In this document: piece by piece, positions 1-12,300 of the stretch
Position numbering within the stretch: the first letter of the stretch is position 1
Layout: every line of letters begins with the position of its first letter
NCBI GenBank assembly: GCA_008632985.1
Contig: QPGO01000139.1
Coordinates: 1 to 64,000, forward strand
Origin: Psammoneis japonica
Lineage: Eukaryota
Length of the DNA: 64,000 nucleotides
Reading direction: 5' to 3'
Notes under the pieces: model-generated
Told to the model about the DNA's origin: nothing
What the model saw: the letters and a program-made list of their open reading frames with translations, nothing else
The model's database searches: none
Translations under genes and position numbers: made by a program

Positions 1-150
1 TGTTTCCTGCTCAAGAGTTACTGCTTTGCCCCCTCGAATCTTCCTCTAATGAGAGACGAGCCAAACTTGGCCTCGTTACTGATGGCCGCAATGGAGCGGT
101 TCCCAGCAGAATGCCAAGACCGAGCATACTACGTGCTTCAGCGAATATGA
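1..150 (+). CDS. 3' end of an upstream gene (partial, unknown helical protein)
   Basis: Frame 1 is open from base 1 to TGA at 148-150 (CFLLKSY...AMERFPAECQDRAYYVLQRI*). Gene-like composition, convergent with RMI1. Confidence 0.35.
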   Translation, partial: CFLLKSYCFAPSNLPLMRDEPNLASLLMAAMERFPAECQDRAYYVLQRI

Positions 151-251
151 TTCCATTTCACCCAAGAGCAGAAAGAAATACTGTTGCATCTCATTAACGT
201 TAAATAATGAATAAGTCTCAACTTCGACACTCTGCCTTATGTACTCACCCG

Positions 252-2326
252 TCAAGAATCGTGCTTACACATTACCTCCAAGATTGGTTCTGCGCCGTCA
301 ATCGCCGGCATGGTCGTCTTGGCGAAGAAGTCGTCGCAAGAATCACGAAGAACAACCTGCCACAATTTCTCGGTTACCAGTTCTGAATGTACCATTGACC
401 CGCCTTTGGAAACAATTTGCTTGCTCTTTTCCTTGTCGGTTTTGTTCATTTTTCGAAGTTCACCCTAAGTAACACAGTTGCAACATTATCAGTCTCGGCC
501 TAATTTGTCAACGACGACTACCAATGCTAGCTAGCAGCTACTTACCGGGGGAACGCCAAAGAGCGGTTCCAGGAACGCGCTTGCAATCTTGCAAGTTATT
601 GTTCCGTTTTCTTGGTTTCTCCCCATTTTAGCAAACATTAGATATTCATACTTTGCAAGGAAACGAAAACGCGGGAAAACAGAGTTGTCAGAGTACACGC
701 TTATAGTCTCTCGATATGAGCGACAGTGTCTTTAAAATGAAACTCACCTTGTCTTTCCCTTTTCGTCGCTTTTTTGTCTCTTTTTAATATCAAATTTCGT
801 GTGCTTGCCAATCATTTTGAACGAAACCACAAAGACTGTGTCTTGGTACTTCCGATACAGCTCCTTGTCTGTCAACAGTTGATTCAACAGGTTTCTCAAG
901 TCACCGTACGACATGCGTTCCAGTTGCTTTGGCTTGCTATTTTCCGTAGCAGTTGTCAAGGTCGTGTCCTGACTGCATTGTATTACAGAACTTGTGTCTG
1001 GTGTCTTTGAAAAAGCAGCTTGTTGAGGTGGAGGGTCAAGTGTGGCAACAGCATCCTGAGCCTCGGCGTTGGTGGGGGTAATGAGGTCCACGGGCGATTC
1101 GGCCAACCCACTTGCGACGGTTCGAGATGCTTCATCCGCCGCGGTAGAAACCGATAAGGCTGATCCACTTGCAGATGTCACGCGGCAAATGGATGGTGCT
1201 GCAATACTTGATGAGCATGGCGAAGAGGAAGCGTACGGATTGCGACTCGCGTATGGATTGCTAGCGGGCGCTCTATTGGACGAAGTTGCGGGAGCAGCAC
1301 GAGAAGAAGCAGACGATTGGGGCGGCGCTGGTACTCTCTGACTTGACAAAGTAGAAGCAAAGGATGCTCTCTGAGATGAAGAACTTTGCTGTGCCGATCG
1401 CTGGCTGTACGAGTTGACGGCCGCCCTTGATTGCGGAGGCTGACTTGGCGCGGGAGGCTCTCTTATTGTTGCAGGAGCCGGCGGAGGGGGGTCGGGAGGC
1501 GCAGGTAGATCCCGACTCTCGTGTTCGCCTCCTGTTGATCTATTAGAATGGAAATCAAACAGGATCATCAGTATAAAGCAACAATAGTAACCACAAACGA
1601 GATTGAAACTTCGACATACCGTTCTCTTCTCCGGTATCAGGATTCCAAATCAGGGCTCGTATTGTCGGATCTACACCAATCCCAGCAACACGTTTGGCTT
1701 GTTGCAGTGCTTTCGCCTGAACCTGTACCAAGGAAGCGACGCATCCACCCAGCACGGTTGTGTTATCCGGATGCCACAACAAAACACCATACCGTACTTC
1801 CAGAGGACCTCGCAGTTGCACCTTGATGCCAGATTTGGAATTGACGCTTAAATTGGGAATGGGTCTTGTTTCCATGGCAACATATTTGTTGTTTTTATAT
1901 CCATCGCGTATCGTCATTTTCAAGCAACGTTTTCGTTGATTCCCTATGGGGGTTGGATTCACTGGGGCTGCCGGTCCAACAGAAATTCGTGCTTCAGCAT
2001 TGAGTGACACGTCCAGTAACTCATCCACTTGTACCAACAACTTGAACGATTCTGGTAAACACACAAGACGCTTCTTCAATGTCGTCGTTTTCCGTAACTG
2101 CTCTATTCAATTCTTGAGAAGCGGCCGATGCTTGTATTTGACTGTTCTCGTTGTCGCTAGGAGCTCCCAGAACGACATCGCACAAATCAGAATGCAACAC
2201 TTGATGAAAGACTGATTCAGGAGTATCTTCATTGGTGGCTTGTAAATGAGCACGGCAAGCCTCTAGCCAATCGGGTGCCGGACAAACTCCGCAGTTTTGT
2301 TCCAAGTACTGCCGTCGATCCGTCAT
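252..2326 (-). CDS. RMI1: RecQ-mediated genome instability protein 1 (RMI1), multi-exon, with one apparent frameshift at about 2088-2091
   Basis: N-terminal helical motif (PDWLEAC...FHQVLHSDL), then OB fold (LLVQVDELLDVS...RCLKMTIRDG...AMETRPIPNLS...GIKVQLRGPLEVRYGVLLWHPDNTTVLGG), a low-complexity linker, and C-terminal exons joined by GT-AG introns (about 1617-1535, 748-651, 545-467). Confidence 0.8.
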
Positions 2327-2622
2327 TGTCGTCGCTGTTTTTCGGCCGGCGTTGGGCGTTGCGAATGACGAAAAATGAAAAATCCGGCGCGTCGCGCAAC
2401 GAAAGGCAAGCAAAACTCTCGCGCGAAATAATCGTCTGTCATCTGCCCGCCATCGCCAGCATTCTGGTCAGAACGCCTGGCCGTTACCCGATAGTGATGA
2501 CATCGCCTGGCCGTTGACGTCATCGTCACCGCGTGGCAACTGGCAACTGACGGGATTCAGATTTCAATCTGCGACGACGACGACCAACACATCGCAACGC
2601 GAACGACGTCGGGCTATTTTGT

Positions 2623-3437
2623 TTGGTTTTTGTTGTGTCTATTGCATTAGCTCTTACTTTACCTCTCACAATGGTAGCAATCACTGCAATCGTTGCCGCT
2701 ATTGCTGCTGTACTAGCATCCACGTCTGTCGTGCATAATGTCTTGACTCCGAGATTGCCTCTGTACAAACTTCAGACAGTCAAGCTCTTCAATCTGGGAA
2801 TGAATTGGAACGCACTCAAAGCAACCATGACGGCTGACGTGAGCTTGATGAATGAGAATTACATCAAGGCTGACGTTCATAGACTGCGCATTGACATGTA
2901 CTATCCTACTTGGGATGGACAGGACCTGACACACATTGGGCACGTTGTGAGAAATGAAGAAGCTAGTCATGCTGAACAGAAACCGAACGACAAAAAGGAA
3001 AATCTTACAGACAAAAACAATAGCGTCGCGAATGTAAACAGCAGTGACAAAAAATTGCCACTCTGGTCCTTGCAGCCACGACAGCCCTTTGAAGCGAGAG
3101 ACGATTTGCACATGACACTGTTTCACATGTCTCCACGCACCATGATGAACTTGTTGTACTCGATTGTTCGAACTGGTCAGTTGGTGATTCCCTCGACGGG
3201 TGTGGCTCATGTGAAAGCTACGGGAGCTGGAGCTCAATGACAATTGCAATGATCTGTGACAATCACGTGGAGGTGTGGTCGCAGAATGTGGTTGGGAGAG
3301 ACTGCACCATGAATAAACTCTCGACTGGTTGGATCAACATGGATAAGGAACACGCTCGTCTCCAAAAGGATGCCTACCAACGACATTTTGGGAGCTCAGT
3401 TGAAATGCAACATGAAACTGGAGTTGTCATGGCATGA
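2623..3437 (+). CDS. Membrane-anchored LEA type-2 / WHy-like protein; start uncertain, frameshift at about 3237
   Basis: Hydrophobic N-terminal anchor followed by a beta-rich segment (MTADVSLMNENYIKADVHRLRIDMYY...IGHV). ORFs 2623-3240 and 3237-3437 join if one A is added (GCT CA[A] ATG). Confidence 0.5.
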
Positions 3438-3646
3438 CAGAACATCGAGTAGCAAAGAAATGATACGCAATCGTTCGCCGAGACCGACTACAAGTACTCC
3501 TGGAAAATGCGAATCAAACGCACCATCCTCTAGAGCTGGAGTACGAATAATTAGATCTCTAACATGCAAGCATGTACCGGTACCTGGCAAGGTCTATCAA
3601 ATTGTATTCCACTAGTGTAGTATTGTTCTAGACAGCTATTGCATTG

Positions 3647-4759
3647 TTACAAATCGGCACTTTTGTTTTGGCTTGCACGTTCCTGTTCCAACTTCTTTCG
3701 TGCAATTCTCGCTAGGCGCTTTTCTTCCTTCTTTTTGAATTCGGGATTCTCTCCCACCCCATACATGGGACAGTTCTTACATCCATTCGTCGGACAATTG
3801 TTGCACCGAGCACCCATGTTACCACTAATTTTCTGAGGCCCTGTAAAGCCGTTTGCACCTCCCACGAGTTGAGAGGTAGCTCCTCCATACTCTCCTTGAT
3901 TGACAAGCCTGGCTTTGAAGTTGATGTTTTGGTCCCGCCTTTCAATTTCGAGTTTTACCAATTCTTCGTATGGGACATAGTGAATACAATCGACAGGGCA
4001 AGTTTCAATCGCAACCTGAATCGTCTCATCGTCATCCCCCCACTGCTGAAAGACGCGAGCTCGACCGTGTTCATCGTCGATGAAAAAGGTCGACTGAGCC
4101 ACACACGCACAGTTATAGCAACCAATACAAGTATGCTCGTCGACATAAACCATTTGTGACCGGATAGGCGCACCCGTTTCCTCGTCGGTTTCCACACGCG
4201 TGTGACTTTCAACTGTTCTCAAATCAACATCATCCTCGTCCATGTAAATATCTTCACGATATGCACTCATTCCCGCCACCTCCTCCTTGACTTCGAGAGA
4301 ATCATCTGTTGCAACATCTAAAGTAGAAGATATCGCTTCTTGATCAAATCCCCACTCTTGCATTTGTCGAACCTTATCAGCTCGGTCGGCTTCTTTGAGA
4401 TTGAATTCAATTTCTTCCGCGCCCAACGACGCAAGCGTATCAAGCCATGCCTCGGTGTCATCCTCTGGTTCTGCTGTTTTGGAGGAATCCTTCGTTTCAG
4501 TATCATCATCATCATCTGTTGATGATTCAAATGTGGTCCAGAATTCACCACTTTGTTTCTTTGCCATGGCCTCTTGCCAATCCTCCGAATCCTGAGAAAA
4601 TGTGTCCTGCTCGTTTCCCCATTGATTGGAATCCTGACCACTGGAACTCCAGCCACCGTCAGAATAAACTTTTGTACTCGATCGCCATTGTAGTTTGGAA
4701 GGAGAAAAGGCGTCAACCACAGATAATACCACAACCAACCACGCCGTTTGCCACAGCAT
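3647..4759 (-). CDS. Plastid-targeted 4Fe-4S ferredoxin-domain protein resembling the Fer domain of chloroplast DnaJ-Fer proteins; no J domain seen
   Basis: Signal peptide MLWQTAWLVVVLSVVDA-FSP. Fer domain VYVDEHTCIGCYNC...GRARVFQQWGD...AIETCPVDCIH. Extra C-terminal CNNCPTNGCKNC. Confidence 0.75.
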   Translation of the reverse strand: MLWQTAWLVVVLSVVDAFSPSKLQWRSSTKVYSDGGWSSSGQDSNQWGNEQDTFSQDSEDWQEAMAKKQSGEFWTTFESSTDDDDDTETKDSSKTAEPEDDTEAWLDTLASLGAEEIEFNLKEADRADKVRQMQEWGFDQEAISSTLDVATDDSLEVKEEVAGMSAYREDIYMDEDDVDLRTVESHTRVETDEETGAPIRSQMVYVDEHTCIGCYNCACVAQSTFFIDDEHGRARVFQQWGDDDETIQVAIETCPVDCIHYVPYEELVKLEIERRDQNINFKARLVNQGEYGGATSQLVGGANGFTGPQKISGNMGARCNNCPTNGCKNCPMYGVGENPEFKKKEEKRLARIARKKLEQERASQNKSADL

Positions 4760-4855
4760 GGTCAACGAGCAATGCTGTCGGGGCGACGAAATGAGAAAGA
4801 TGCGTCGTGTTGGCTTGGTGTTGGAGGGAAGAATTGGAATTTCAGATGTTCGTTG

Positions 4856-4863
4856 TGACGTCA
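4856..4863. promoter_or_regulatory. TGACGTCA bZIP / aureochrome-type palindrome in the divergent Fer-protein / VIPP1 intergenic region
   Basis: Perfect TGACGTCA about 100 bp upstream of the Fer gene ATG, with a second ACGTCA core at about 4893-4898. Short motif, so chance occurrence is not excluded. Confidence 0.25.
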
Positions 4864-5216
4864 GCAACGAACTATGTAACCCGGATATAGCTACGTCAGT
4901 AAAAGAGTACTGGAAACCTACATACTCGCTTCTCAGTAGAAAACATACGATCCAGCCGGCCTACCACGCGTAAAAGCGTCTTGCGTGGTTGGTTTTTGCT
5001 GATGCCTTCGTGCATCGTCGTGCAGTTTGGAAGTTTCCAAGGTGCCTAATGCCTCATCGTACATTGACATAGCGATTCCAGATTGTTGCCGAAGGGTTGG
5101 AGTGCATTGCAACCGCTTGTTTCCCTCAAGATCGACTAAGAAAACCGCATCTCTTGCCTCGTAGAGTTTCTTTGCAGAGAAGAAACCTTTTTTAAAGAAT
5201 TTTTTTGTTAGAAACC

Positions 5217-6236
5217 ATGACCAAGTACGGAAAAGCTGCGATTGTGGCTCTTGCATCCATTGGAACTACCACGGCCTTTGTTCCTGCCGCTCATCATAAG
5301 CCAGCCTTTGTTCCAACGTCCACAACCCTATACGAAGGTGGTCTCTTTGATCGTTTTACACGGGTGGCAAAGGCTAACATCAACAATGTTCTCAAAAACT
5401 TGGAAGACCCTGAGAAGATCATGAATCAAGCACTCGAAGACATGCAGGTAAGAAGATTTCGGTACCGGATTGGAAACTGTCATCGAATCAAATAATGAAG
5501 GTGGAGTAACCATCTCACTACCCATCGCTTTCTCGAAAAACTTTTTATCAAAACTTAACAGTCTGACTTGGTCAAGGTCCGCCAGTCCTACGCAGAAATT
5601 ACGGCGACGCAGCGTCGTTTGCTCAAACAAAAGGAACAAGCCGAAGCCTTGGCCAAGGATTGGTACGACCGTGCTCAGTTGGCTTTGAAGAAAGGAAGCG
5701 AGGACTTGGCTCGCGAGGCTCTTACGAGGAGACAGCAGCAAATGGAAACCGTGGAGAATTTGCAACAACAGATTGATTCTCAGGGCGAAGCGGTCGATAA
5801 GTTGTACGAAGGCATGCAGCAGTTGGAAGCGAGGATTTTGGAATCCAAGGCCAAGAAGGATCAAATGGTGGCACGTGCTCGGACGGCGCAATCTACGCAA
5901 AAGGTGAACGATATGCTTGGTGGAATCACGGGAAAAACGAGTATGGATGCATTCTCGCGAATGGAAGAAAAGGTCGAAGCGCTTGAGGCTGCAGCAGAAG
6001 TTTCGGCAGAGATGGGAACGATTGGTGGAAACGCGTTACCAGGATCGGCTGAATCGTCCATTGAAAAGGAGTTTGCAATGTTGGAGGCGTCTTCGTCTGT
6101 GGATGATGAATTGAAGAAAATGAAGGGACTCTTGTCCGGATCTGATGAAGGCAGCAGTTCAAAATCGTCTTCGTCTTCCGGTAACTCGGCAGTTGACGAC
6201 GACCTTGAGCAACTCAAAAAGGATGCCGGATTGTGA
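5217..6236 (+). CDS. VIPP1: VIPP1 / IM30 (PspA family), plastid-targeted, one intron (about 5448-5561)
   Basis: Presequence ...TTTA-FVP. GLFDRFTRVAKANIN...EDPEKIMNQALEDMQ, AQLALKKGSEDLAREALTRR, AFSRMEEKV, and a C-terminal extension typical of VIPP1. Confidence 0.92.
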
Positions 6237-6410
6237 TGAACATGTTAGGTTCATCTTTTACTTGAGTTCCAGCCCGTTAACAATGTGACAGTGGTAGGTA
6301 ATCAGAACGCTAGGAAAGGCCTAATGCAATGCTTCTGACTGCACCTGCCACGAAAAGCACAGGTGTACACTCGTTACTAAAATTTCCTACAATTGCACCG
6401 TGTCGCTCTG

Positions 6411-7148
6411 CTATTCATATGCATTATCAAAAAACTCTTCTTCCAAATTCACAGCTTCCAAGAACCTTTCTTTGCATCGCGTTCGTTGCTGTTCGTCAAG
6501 GTGCTCGCCTTCCTTATCAAGAAGAGTTCGAAGGTATTGCACAACACTTTCAAAATATTCCCCTGTATGCAAATCCACCCACTCGTACATTACAAAATTG
6601 TCTCTTTTGGTGGTTGGTTGCACAGTTTGTCCCCAAGAGAGATACGACCACTCACAAACCAGAAGGACTGCCAGCTTTTCCGCCAAACTATCTGAGGACG
6701 CAACTTCTCTCATTAATTTTATAAAAGCACTTGTGCAAGCGTCATTGGGAATACTAGCTCTTTCCGCCTCGGAACAATCCAACTCTTGAAAAGAGCGTTC
6801 AAAGTATGTGTTTTCCTTTCCCGTAATGAGTGCCAAGAACTGACATCCCTGGATGCGATCTTCAAGACAACGGGCACTTGCAACCATTGATGCAAGGAGA
6901 ACGACAAAGGCATCCAGGAATCGATGATCTTGGATAAGGTATTTCTTTAATACTGCCAAAAGGGAGAAAGACTTAGAAAAGAGTGGAAAAGCGATACGTT
7001 TCAATTTTCAATGTTGCCTTTCATAGCGCGCACCTGTTTCATCAATGGTACCCGCACTGAGCTCTTTCGTAAATCGATGATTCACAACCCTAGTCCATTG
7101 ATTTCCGGCGGCTTGCCTGAGCTCATCAGTGAACCTGATCGGCGCCAT
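6411..7148 (-). CDS. TenA / thiaminase II family protein, one intron
   Basis: MAPIRFTDELRQAAGNQWTRVVNHRFTKEL..G, YLIQDHRFLDAF, LLVCEWSYLSW, YEWVDLH, LEEEFFDNAY. Confidence 0.85.
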
Positions 7149-8921
7149 TGTCAATGAGGAATGTATCAAGGATTTATAGAATGTATGGTGTGATACGTGA
7201 TACAGTGCAGGAGTTTGCGATGTAGCCGCGAACACCGCGTCGCGTCTTCTGTGAATTGAATGTCGGAGGGAGTTTTTTGGAATTTCGGTGTTCTCACACA
7301 TGATATAATAAAATAGTATTTATGGATAATAAATAAAAACTCTCGCCGATGATGATGATTCTTCCAAGCAAACCCGAGCTGAAACTCTAAACAACAAACC
7401 AACGATGACAATGCACGATGATACAGGAAAGAAATCCACTTTCACAACATGTTACAAGGTAATGGCATGCCCTCGTGCTCGAATATCATTTTTAACCAAC
7501 GTCTACTAAAACTTCTAAGCTACTTCACAACTCGACAACTTCCCACGGAGGACGCTCAGACTCCATGGACTGGCTTTCCAACCTCGTGGACTTCCAAGGC
7601 ACCGTCACCAAGGTTGTACTTGTAACACTGTCCATCCTTAACGACGACCTTGATATTGTCGCGTTTCAGCATGGTAATATCTTCAAGAGGGTTCCCGTCA
7701 ATAACAATAACGTCCGCGTAGGCGCCCTCCTCGATAATACCAATAGGACCATCAGGGTAGGGGTTCATACCACCGGACCAGCCGAGAACGGTTCCAGCAT
7801 TTCCAGTGGCAGTCTTGAGAGCCGCCACGGTATCAAATCCGCCCATGGTAACCAAGGCGATAATATTATCGGCCTGGCGGGGCTGATAGGCAGAACCAAA
7901 CATGTCTGCAATAATTTCAACGTGAAAAAGGAGAACGTGTGAGGCATTACATATGCTTTCTACTTGTGCTTTGCACTGTATGTACCTACCACCGCCTGAA
8001 ATCAAAATGGGTTTGTACTTTCGCGCGAGAGCCATCATTTTGGCCGCTCCAGAATTGACCATTGCTCCTTTTTGTTGCTGTTGCTTGGTGAAAAACGTAA
8101 TGGCCTCCGGATGAGCAAAGGCTTCCAGGCTCATGACTGCCTGCAACGACAAGGCAACTCCTTCGTCCGAAATGCGTTTCATGGTGTCCTCCGTCATTAG
8201 AAAACCGTGCTCCACGCACTTGACGCCGGCATCGAGAGCACGGTTGATGGAACGGTCGTGGTAGGCATGAATCATAACGTAGCTACCATAGTCGGCGGCG
8301 ACGTCGCAGGCGGCCTTCATCTCGTCAAACGTTCCTTCGGTAATGTGAATGGGATCAAAGGCTGACGCGCATCCACCACCGGCCATGAACTTGATTTGAG
8401 TCGCCCCGTTGCGGAAGTTGTTTCGGACGGCCTTTTTCACTTCAGCAACACTGTCGCCTGGAGCAAAAAGAGGTTGGAGAAACGCAGGTTTAACAGCAGA
8501 AATAACATCATCTGTTTTCCTCTCCGCTTCGAGATGCCGACTTACAGATATGCGAAAATCCATGCTTCATGAGCTCGTCCATGGTACCTGGTTGATCAAA
8601 GCAACAACCGGTGTCGCCATGGCCACCAGTCTGACTGATAAAACCGCCACAGGCGAAGATGCGGGGTCCAGGTATGCGTCCAAGCTTGACCGCCTTGGCC
8701 ATGCCCAAAACATTCCCTCCTGCGTCACGACAAGTCGTAAATCCTTGGTTGAGATAATCTATAAGGTCCTTGGCACACATGGCTCCCATGGCCATTTGAT
8801 CAAAATCGTCCCGTCCTTCGAGCATGCCTTCTTGGATGCTCAAGTGCGAGTGCATATCCACCAAACCGGGCATGAGAGTCTTGCCGGTGCAGTCGACAAT
8901 CGCACATTTTTGATCCGTCGG

Positions 8922-9268
8922 TGTGGGAAAGTAGCCGGAATTCTGGGATTCGTCTGCACTTTCAGTGATTGAAAGCTGCAGTTGCGATGCAACAATCAAT
9001 CAGTAACTTTATTGAACCAAAAGTTGAGAGGTGACAATCAATACGTTAGAAAGATTATGAGCAGTTTTTATGAGCAGATGCAGCTGCCATCTAAAGGAAA
9101 CGCGAAGTTAAACAAGCGCAAAGCTAGGAACAAACATCGCATTCGTGACTCGGCTTCCGCGGGATTCGAGACTGAGCATCGCACACGGGGTTCGAATCTT
9201 GGATCTCTGATTGGAATCGTGGAGGTCCGATGTTGTTGTAAAAACATGCAAATATGAATATTGTCACA
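8922..9268 (-). repeat. 3' LTR (347 bp)
   Basis: Nine substitutions relative to 15131-15477. Preceded on the element strand by the polypurine tract GAAGGGAG (9269-9276). Confidence 0.97.
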
Positions 9269-9311
9269 CTCCCTTCAACAATGTCGGGTGGAATGATGAC
9301 TCGAAAACGTC

Positions 9312-12300
9312 TTACCACTTAAGGAGCGATTTCCTGTGTTTAACGAAGAGATTCTGTGGTAGAGGTTTGGTGAAAATGTCTGCAATCTGATCCGCCGTAT
9401 CAATTGGTAGGATTGATATGAGACCTTTGCGAACATAGTCTTTAAAGTGGTGGAGAGTGAGGTTGAAGTGTTTTGTCCGAGGACGCATCTTAGGCAATCT
9501 CGCGATCTCCAATGCTCCAGAATTGTCTTCAAAAGCCTTACAATGTACGACTGGTGTCTTGGAAGGGACATTATGACCGTGATCCATAAATTCTTGAATG
9601 AGGTTCATAATTGGGATGGCGCTTCGAAGACTTTCCGAAAGAGCGATAAATTCAGCTTCAGTAGTGCTGAGCGCGATCTGAGTCTGTAGCTTGGACGTCC
9701 AGACAATCGGACATCCTGCATAGGTGATGACAAACCCAGTTCGAGATTTGGAAGTGCCGACGTCATTGGGTGCAGTCAGCTTATTCCAATTGCCCACAAA
9801 GTCCGCGTCGGCGTGAACTTCAAGGGACTTGTCCGTTGAGGCTGTAGTATAATACCTTCAGTTCTGGTTGACCTTAGGTACTTACAGAGCCATAGTACGG
9901 CTTCACCGTGAGAAACCTTGGGATCGGAAGAAAAGCGTGCGACTTGGTGCACCGCGTAAGCGATATCCGGTCGAGTGCTCTTCTCCAGAAAATTGAGCTT
10001 GCCGATGATGGATCGGTAATGAAAGCTCCCTTGGAAAGCAGGCTCACTCATATGCCTGTGGAGGATCTTGGAGGAAGGAGCAGGAGTAGACTTATCTGGT
10101 AGTCTCTTTGGAATATTGGCCATCTCCAGCATCTGATTGATAAGGTGAGGTTGGGTAAGTTTCATTCTGCCGTCTGGTAGTGTCTCGACGTTGACACCGA
10201 GATAGTCGTCCAGAGTGCCTTGATCATCAATATCAAAATTCTCATCTCTGATATCCTGTATCGCCTTGTCAATAGCAGACTTGTCAGGGGATGCAAAGAT
10301 GCCGTCATCGACATGATGAATGAAAATGACATTGCCACGAAAATACAGGCACTCATCAACCGCCGATTGTACGAAACCAATCCTTAACAATCCATCACGT
10401 AAGTGTTCTTGCCATACTCTCCCTGCTTGCTTTTGTCCATATAAGTTCTTGAGCAACTTCAGAACATGAGTCTTACCATTGCCACATTTTGTTTCAATTC
10501 CTGCAGGTAACTCCATGTACATATCACACTCGATATCGGCATGCGGGTACGCCAGAACGAAGTCGACTTGGCGTGTATGCCACTTCTTAAGAATGGCAAT
10601 GATCAGTAGGAGCCGGATAGTGAACCAGAAGACCACGGCAGAGTAGGTCTGGAAGTAGTTGACAGCATGCTCTTGCTTTCCGCCGTGCACATTAAGTCGG
10701 GACTTCCATTTGTAGACGGCTTGGGTCTTAATATCTCTTTTGCGCTTCATAGACCATACCGAAGGGAGAACATCAACATCGTCAGGTACGTTCTCTCTTG
10801 GAATGAGTATCCAATGTTTCCTTTCAATATGATCATTGACTTCCTTAACACAGGCCTTGATAAATTCGTCTCTGTCAGGTTCACGCATAGCCTGATCAAA
10901 GTACATGGTGTCGGGGTCCGAGCTCGCCAGAAAAGAGATAGGTGAGTCCATATCGTCCTGCAGTTTGTAATCATCCTCGTGCATCGCATCATAATATGCC
11001 TCTGCCTCTGCATTGTAGGAGACAATGCCTTGAGCCCGTTGTAGTTGGCTCTCGCGCATCCTTTCGGTCGGGCGTCGTTGTCGGCCGGACCTACTGGTAC
11101 TGGGTTGACCCATAGTGCGCTGTGGCTCAGATGGTGCGTCAGAATCATCTGGAGGCGTGTATAGCATTTCGTCATCCGGTTGGGCATTATCAAATGAGTC
11201 ATCAGTGGTAGACGTATCAGTAGGATGCAGCAGCTGAGACGGGACATCCGAATTCGGCTCAGGTGGTTCCGTTGTGGTAGGGACTGATCCCTCAACCGGT
11301 ACGTCACTTGATTTCCCAAAGATGTTAAAAGTACTCCTTGTCTTGAGTTGTCTGAAACCTGCAATGCCTTGCCATTGTGAGAATGTAGGAGGATTCCCAG
11401 CAAAAAGGGCGAACGGTCTCAAAGAAGTCGTCAAATTGTACGTGAAATTGCGGCGATACGAGTCCGGTCTGCAAATTCAAAACCAAGGTAACTGAACCTG
11501 CGTGTCTTGTTGATGGTCCCAAATTGATTCCTAACCTTGCCCTTGGGTCCCACTTAGGCAGCCTACCTCCTCCCTGCAACCGGTTGTGCAAGGCGTAGAC
11601 GGGACAGCCGAAGGTATGGTGTTGTTTGAGATTAGGCTGGACCTTGACGGACGAGAAACGTTCCAGCGGAGAAGAACCGTCCTCGTGATTCGGTAAGTGA
11701 TTCTTGATCTCGTTTGAGTTCCTGAGAGCGCTTGGCCATAAGTTCAACTCAATAGCCGTTGGCCATCTCACTTTTGCATGCAGGAGTTGCTTCCGAGATT
11801 GCTCTTGGAGGTCCCTCATTCTTTTCTCCGCGATGCCGTTTTGGAAGTGGGCGTTGACCCCACAATAGGATATTGTTTGCTGTTGCTTCTTGACGTCTTG
11901 TATGAAAGCATTATCAGCGAATCTTCCATTGTCGGCGTGGTAGTGTTGAATACGGACGTGCATCCGGCGTGCGAATGCCTCGAAAGCGTGCTTGGCTTCG
12001 AGCGTCTCGGCTGAGGTAAGTCCTTTCTGCAAATATGTGTATCCCAATCCGCTGAAATGATCAACAAAAATTGTCGCTGCTCGATACCTTTGTTTCATAG
12101 GTCTCCCTTTGAGCTGTGGGATCAGTCCAGGAGTAGGACTTTCGAGCTGGTCGACAGATACGGCTTCTCCAGGCGAAGTTGCCAAGTGGATTCGTCGGTT
12201 CCGCTTGGACTTGGAGCGCCATGGTCGTTTCGTCATGGCACCGTATAGGCAGCCGGCACATTTTGGGTTGTGTACCTTTGTAAGGCGTTTCGGTAGAATG

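Noticed and set aside
8508..8999. ORF apparently giving the amidohydrolase a novel N-terminus (MIVASQLQLS...)
   Set aside because: It is read-in from LTR sequence; the true N-terminus lies at 15739-15478.
9830..11410. Programmed ribosomal frameshifts within pol
   Set aside because: They fall at the IN/RT linker and RT/RNase H junction in short homopolymers, like the indels in host genes; sequencing error or decay is more likely.
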